From positions 1 to 59,498 of the forward strand of contig CAJXVR010000004.1 of the NCBI GenBank assembly GCA_913061285.1: a stretch of 59,498 bases of DNA. The letters run 5' to 3'. Made by a program: the position numbers and the translations under genes. This DNA is from an uncultured Verrucomicrobiota bacterium (GTDB lineage: Bacteria; Verrucomicrobiota; Verrucomicrobiia; Limisphaerales; AAA164-E04). A model generated the notes under the pieces. That model saw nothing but the letters and a program-made list of their open reading frames with translations. It did no database searches and had not been told where the DNA came from. This document shows positions 56,901 to 59,498 of this stretch, piece after piece (position 1 is the stretch's first letter; every line of letters begins with the position of its first letter).

Positions 56901-58739
56901 TTTTCGATGTTTGCTTGGAATGCGCTGCCAGGCGGTTTCGGGGCTATCTTTTGATTCCCAAACCAGGCAGCCCCCAGGATTAATTCCTTCAACAGGATTG
57001 GTGTGGGTGAAGGCCTTGGGATCGCAGCAGAGAACGACATCAACGTGATTCAACTCACAGTTGACTCGGATTGGCTTGCGAGCAACGACCAAGTAGTAGT
57101 TGGTTGGTGCGCCTTTCTTTTCAGACCCGTATTTAGGATTAGCGCTGACGAACAGCTTGTCTTCGAGAACGCCGTGTTCGTCGTAGCTGGGGTCGCGCTG
57201 TGAGATCACATTGCCGAATTCTCCGATGATTGAGCCGAGGTTTTTCCCGGTTGTGATCATGCCCCAACCCCCGATGGAATGGAATCGAACGGCGATTGCT
57301 TTTTCTGGGAGAAGGGAAGGGGTTTCGCCTGAGATCACCGCATATGGGTGGTCGACACCCAGCACGAAGAATGTTTCACCGTCCTTCGCACTACGACCGT
57401 CTTTGCGACTGGCTTCCCCTTGTGAGAATTCGAATGCACCAAGGACGTGTTCGGGGCGGAAATCTCGAGAACCGACACCATAGGCGCCGCGGAAGATCCG
57501 GGGCGTTTCTTCTTGCTTGAGAGCGTGAATGTCGCCTCCGTATTTTGCCGCCTCGTGCGCTTTGCCGATGGCTGTACGAATGTCTCTAGCGAGCGGATTG
57601 TCTCCGGCCATGCCTTCGTCGGTTCGCTCAAGAATAATAATGTTTTTCTTCCCCTTGATTGCATCGATTACCGCATTTTCAGGGAACGGGCGGAGGACGT
57701 TCACATGGAGCGAACCCACCTTGACGTTCCGTTTTTCACGAAGGTAGTCGACAGCTTCATCAATATTTTCAGCTGCACAACCAAGGGAGATGAAGATCGT
57801 GTCTGCATCATCGGTTTTGTAACCGGTAACAAGCCCGTAGTAGCGTCCGGTCAATTTCCCAAATTCTTCGTAGGCGTCTTCGAGGAATTTTAAGATTGGT
57901 TCGTTGAAGTTATTTCGCCGAGCCACGATTCCATTGAAGTGATGCTCTTGGTTCTGAACCGGGCCGAGGAGAATAGGATTCTTGAGATCCATCATCTCAG
58001 GGACACGGCGGCGAGTGGGGCCAAACAGTTCTTTCTGGGTTGGAGTCGGGGATTCAATCATGTCCCCTGGAGCACCAAGAAACTCTCGAAGGAGCTCGGA
58101 TTCGGGGGCGTAGTAGGTTCGCTCGGAGTGGGTCGTTAACATTCCGTCTTGAATGTTCATGCCTGGGTTAAGTGACAATTCATTCACTTTTCTCAAGATC
58201 ACGGCCTGATCGGCTGCTTGTTGCGCCCCTTTGGACATGAGCATCGTCCATCCGGTATCTAAGGCAGCATTGAAATCATCGTGACCGCAGTGAACATTGA
58301 GGGCATGTTTGGTTAACGCACGGGCGCCGACCTCAACAACCATTGTCGAGCATTTTCCGGGAGCGTGGTAGTATTGCTCCATGGCATAGACAATTCCTTG
58401 CCCGGATGTGAAGTTCACAGCACGGCGTCCTGCAACCGAGTAGGCAGTTGCTCCGCCTTGTGCGGCGTGTTCGCCTTCACACTCGACGGCGATCTTTTGA
58501 TCTCCGAAGACGTTGAGTTGTCCCTGGGCGAACGACTGTTGGTAGATCTCTCCGCCTTCTGTCGAGGGCGTGATAGGGTAGAAGATACCACCGTCGGTGA
58601 TACGGGTTTCAACGTGTTCGGTCACCAATTGGTTGCCGTTACACGTGACGCGAATGCCCGGATACTTGGGCTTGTCTGTGGGGTTCGCTCCGCTGGAACC
58701 CTTAGCGGTGTTTGTCGTTGTTGCAGCTGAATCGGCCAT
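54000..58739 (-). CDS. Single-chain pyruvate:ferredoxin/flavodoxin oxidoreductase (long form)
   Basis: YPITPS, EGEHAA, FTSGQG, NPKYGSEKKG, CTQCMECITACP and CKGCGECVQVC, GACAGCGE, STGCNTVYG, SLFQD, GGDGA TPP motif, DTQVYSNTGGQ. Confidence 0.93.
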   Translation of the reverse strand: MADSAATTTNTAKGSSGANPTDKPKYPGIRVTCNGNQLVTEHVETRITDGGIFYPITPSTEGGEIYQQSFAQGQLNVFGDQKIAVECEGEHAAQGGATAYSVAGRRAVNFTSGQGIVYAMEQYYHAPGKCSTMVVEVGARALTKHALNVHCGHDDFNAALDTGWTMLMSKGAQQAADQAVILRKVNELSLNPGMNIQDGMLTTHSERTYYAPESELLREFLGAPGDMIESPTPTQKELFGPTRRRVPEMMDLKNPILLGPVQNQEHHFNGIVARRNNFNEPILKFLEDAYEEFGKLTGRYYGLVTGYKTDDADTIFISLGCAAENIDEAVDYLREKRNVKVGSLHVNVLRPFPENAVIDAIKGKKNIIILERTDEGMAGDNPLARDIRTAIGKAHEAAKYGGDIHALKQEETPRIFRGAYGVGSRDFRPEHVLGAFEFSQGEASRKDGRSAKDGETFFVLGVDHPYAVISGETPSLLPEKAIAVRFHSIGGWGMITTGKNLGSIIGEFGNVISQRDPSYDEHGVLEDKLFVSANPKYGSEKKGAPTNYYLVVARKPIRVNCELNHVDVVLCCDPKAFTHTNPVEGINPGGCLVWESKDSPETAWQRIPSKHRKFIRDNKIRVFILPGFDVAKKATDRADLQLRMQGNSFLGAFFRVSSFLADNDITEENYRETVRNQYEKKFGRFGEAVVNSNMEVMTQGFNRVVEIKYGEIEDPDTSSMRKPPVIPMGEHQIPATAGCEASGCGTCAPPEEQTERAPYAMLSKFDSEYRNGLGYHQPAGALASIGIMGSGTGATASKYVARRETPVYIAENCTQCMECITACPDTALPNTAQEVKTVLLTAARNYISDKEQQTILIGELPGIEERARAKMVAAVAAKEKLPFNKIIREEVSALEVLNQATKDEFTKIIDLLPLAYSAVPAIFRSIEKKNPGEGGLFSIFVSDLCKGCGECVQVCGDHDALRMTEETEELNSELTTAQIFSRLLPDTNQKYLGLYQDETPESSREAALRNHLMVRRNYEALVSGDGACAGCGEKSILRAVGSVTEAYMRPLYHKKADRLRALADRLQAEGPEKLAKLRDRSSDEYDLYRQSIAHVIMGLGGESDADTKSRIAEHGEISDQEIIDGLCAVMRTDAFNHKELQAIDGRIPNGQSVMFMGASTGCNTVYGSTPPSNPHPYPWMNSLFQDGSTISWLLGESLVVNHARRSVAPERLATNLLTRDEDVISEAEYFTLTRLDDTLMTDQEIRELPKVWVIGGDGALGDIGFQNVSKVVLQNRPNVKILMLDTQVYSNTGGQNSDSSTMLGGYDMNQFGQASQGKLIEKKNVAEAFTSGHGSPFVAQVSMANAAKLYRAMLDGLEYRGTAFYQAYTTCQPEHGVADNMSADQAKMVRDARGMPEFVYNPQVGETSQEAFSLKGNPSLARDWWEAKFKSTGDKYNFTVAHWALTEARFRKHLKAISEEQAQEFIHMDDMLVCINQDDVINRRVFKQDHRSYVPDFGVYFKSEFNGKTKFYTVSRQMVLFAVERRKAWRMLQSKAGIINKDYLAQKALLKKVDSNEIALEELQGKTRELFEAELAAIG

Positions 58740-59118
58740 AAAGTCTAATATCAATATCCGAGTTATCTCACATGATGTGATCGTCCATCGATCGCGCTGG
58801 AGTATACCTCAAGGATGCTCCAATTGGAAATCGAGCGTCCCTCGAAAGAGGATGATCATCGTATGTTAGCGCATATTTCACAAGATCGGAATTTGTGCGG
58901 CGCTTCGTGCTCTTGGAATTAACGGCGAAATCGACTCCAATTCCCGCTTATTGAAGGCTTGGGTGGCCGGACTCGTCAATCCAATAACGCATGGTTACCT
59001 TGGGGTTCTTGGGGAATGTTTCAACATTCTGGCTTCTTGAATGATTGAATCGGTGGAGCGAATCAACTACTGATGGGGTTCTTGGGGGCTTTGGGAGCCC
59101 TCTGAGGGCGATATACTC

Positions 59119-59454
59119 ATGTTACCGGCAATTTTTGCTACTATTCTCTTCTGTTTTTCTGCTGTGTCGGCAAACCGCGCGACCCGGATGGCGGGTAGCG
59201 TGGAGGCCAATTTTTGGAGACTCCTCTTTGCGACTGGTGTCTTGGCGCTTTGGGCGCATGGATTCGGTGGGGGATTTGGGGGGCGTGCCTTCGGGGTGTT
59301 CTTGGTCAGTGGGGTGATTGGGTTTGGTGTGGGGGATGTGGCTCTTTATCTTGCATATCCGCGATTGGGATCTCGATTGACACTGCTCTTAGTGCACTGC
59401 TTCGCGGCCCCCTTGGCGGCTCTTGGAGAGTGGCTTTACCTGGGGACTACTCTC
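59119..59454 (+). CDS. DMT/EamA-family transporter, 3'-truncated
   Basis: Hydrophobic ORF with ANFWRL, SGVIGFGVGD, AYPRLGSRL; runs into adapter sequence at 59455. Confidence 0.8.
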
Positions 59455-59498
59455 CTGTCTCTTATACACATCTGACGCTGCCGACGAGCGATCTAGTG
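59455..59498 (+). other. Illumina Nextera adapter read-through (artefact)
   Basis: CTGTCTCTTATACACATCT (Tn5 mosaic end, 59455-59473) + GACGCTGCCGACGA (59474-59487) + 8-nt index GCGATCTA + GTG. Confidence 0.98.

Noticed and set aside
59455-59473. Tn5/IS50 transposon end
   Set aside because: Followed by Illumina adapter and index sequence, so it is a library artefact.

Overview
A 59.5 kb gene-dense bacterial contig end. The gene content (Planctomycete-type cytochrome c/DUF1549/DUF1553 plus DUF1501 pair, FGly sulfatases, lamin-tail/CotH giant protein, secreted proteins ending in an F[FY]R[LV] motif) suggests a PVC-superphylum organism, most likely Verrucomicrobiota; this is inference, with no marker gene in the window. 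Housekeeping genes: queD, gmhB, hldE kinase domain, thiG, fumC, cysS, tmk, a large PFOR. The best candidate for an undescribed system is a compact sigma54 module at 33.9-42.8 kb. It comprises a beta-propeller hybrid histidine kinase, an enhancer-binding protein with a winged-helix-like instead of a Fis-type tail, helically phased TCCGCATAG direct repeats and a -24/-12 promoter. Its apparent target is a secreted protein with two NlpC/P60-like domains, only one retaining the Cys. Also notable: a luxE-MFS-luxC-queD operon without luciferase genes, an OxyR/cytochrome c peroxidase pair with a readable OxyR box, a 3102-aa double-CotH protein, an esterase-hydratase fusion and a decayed vapBC locus absent from the ORF track. 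The last 44 nt are Nextera adapter, not genome. All family calls are from motif recognition by eye; no searches were run.
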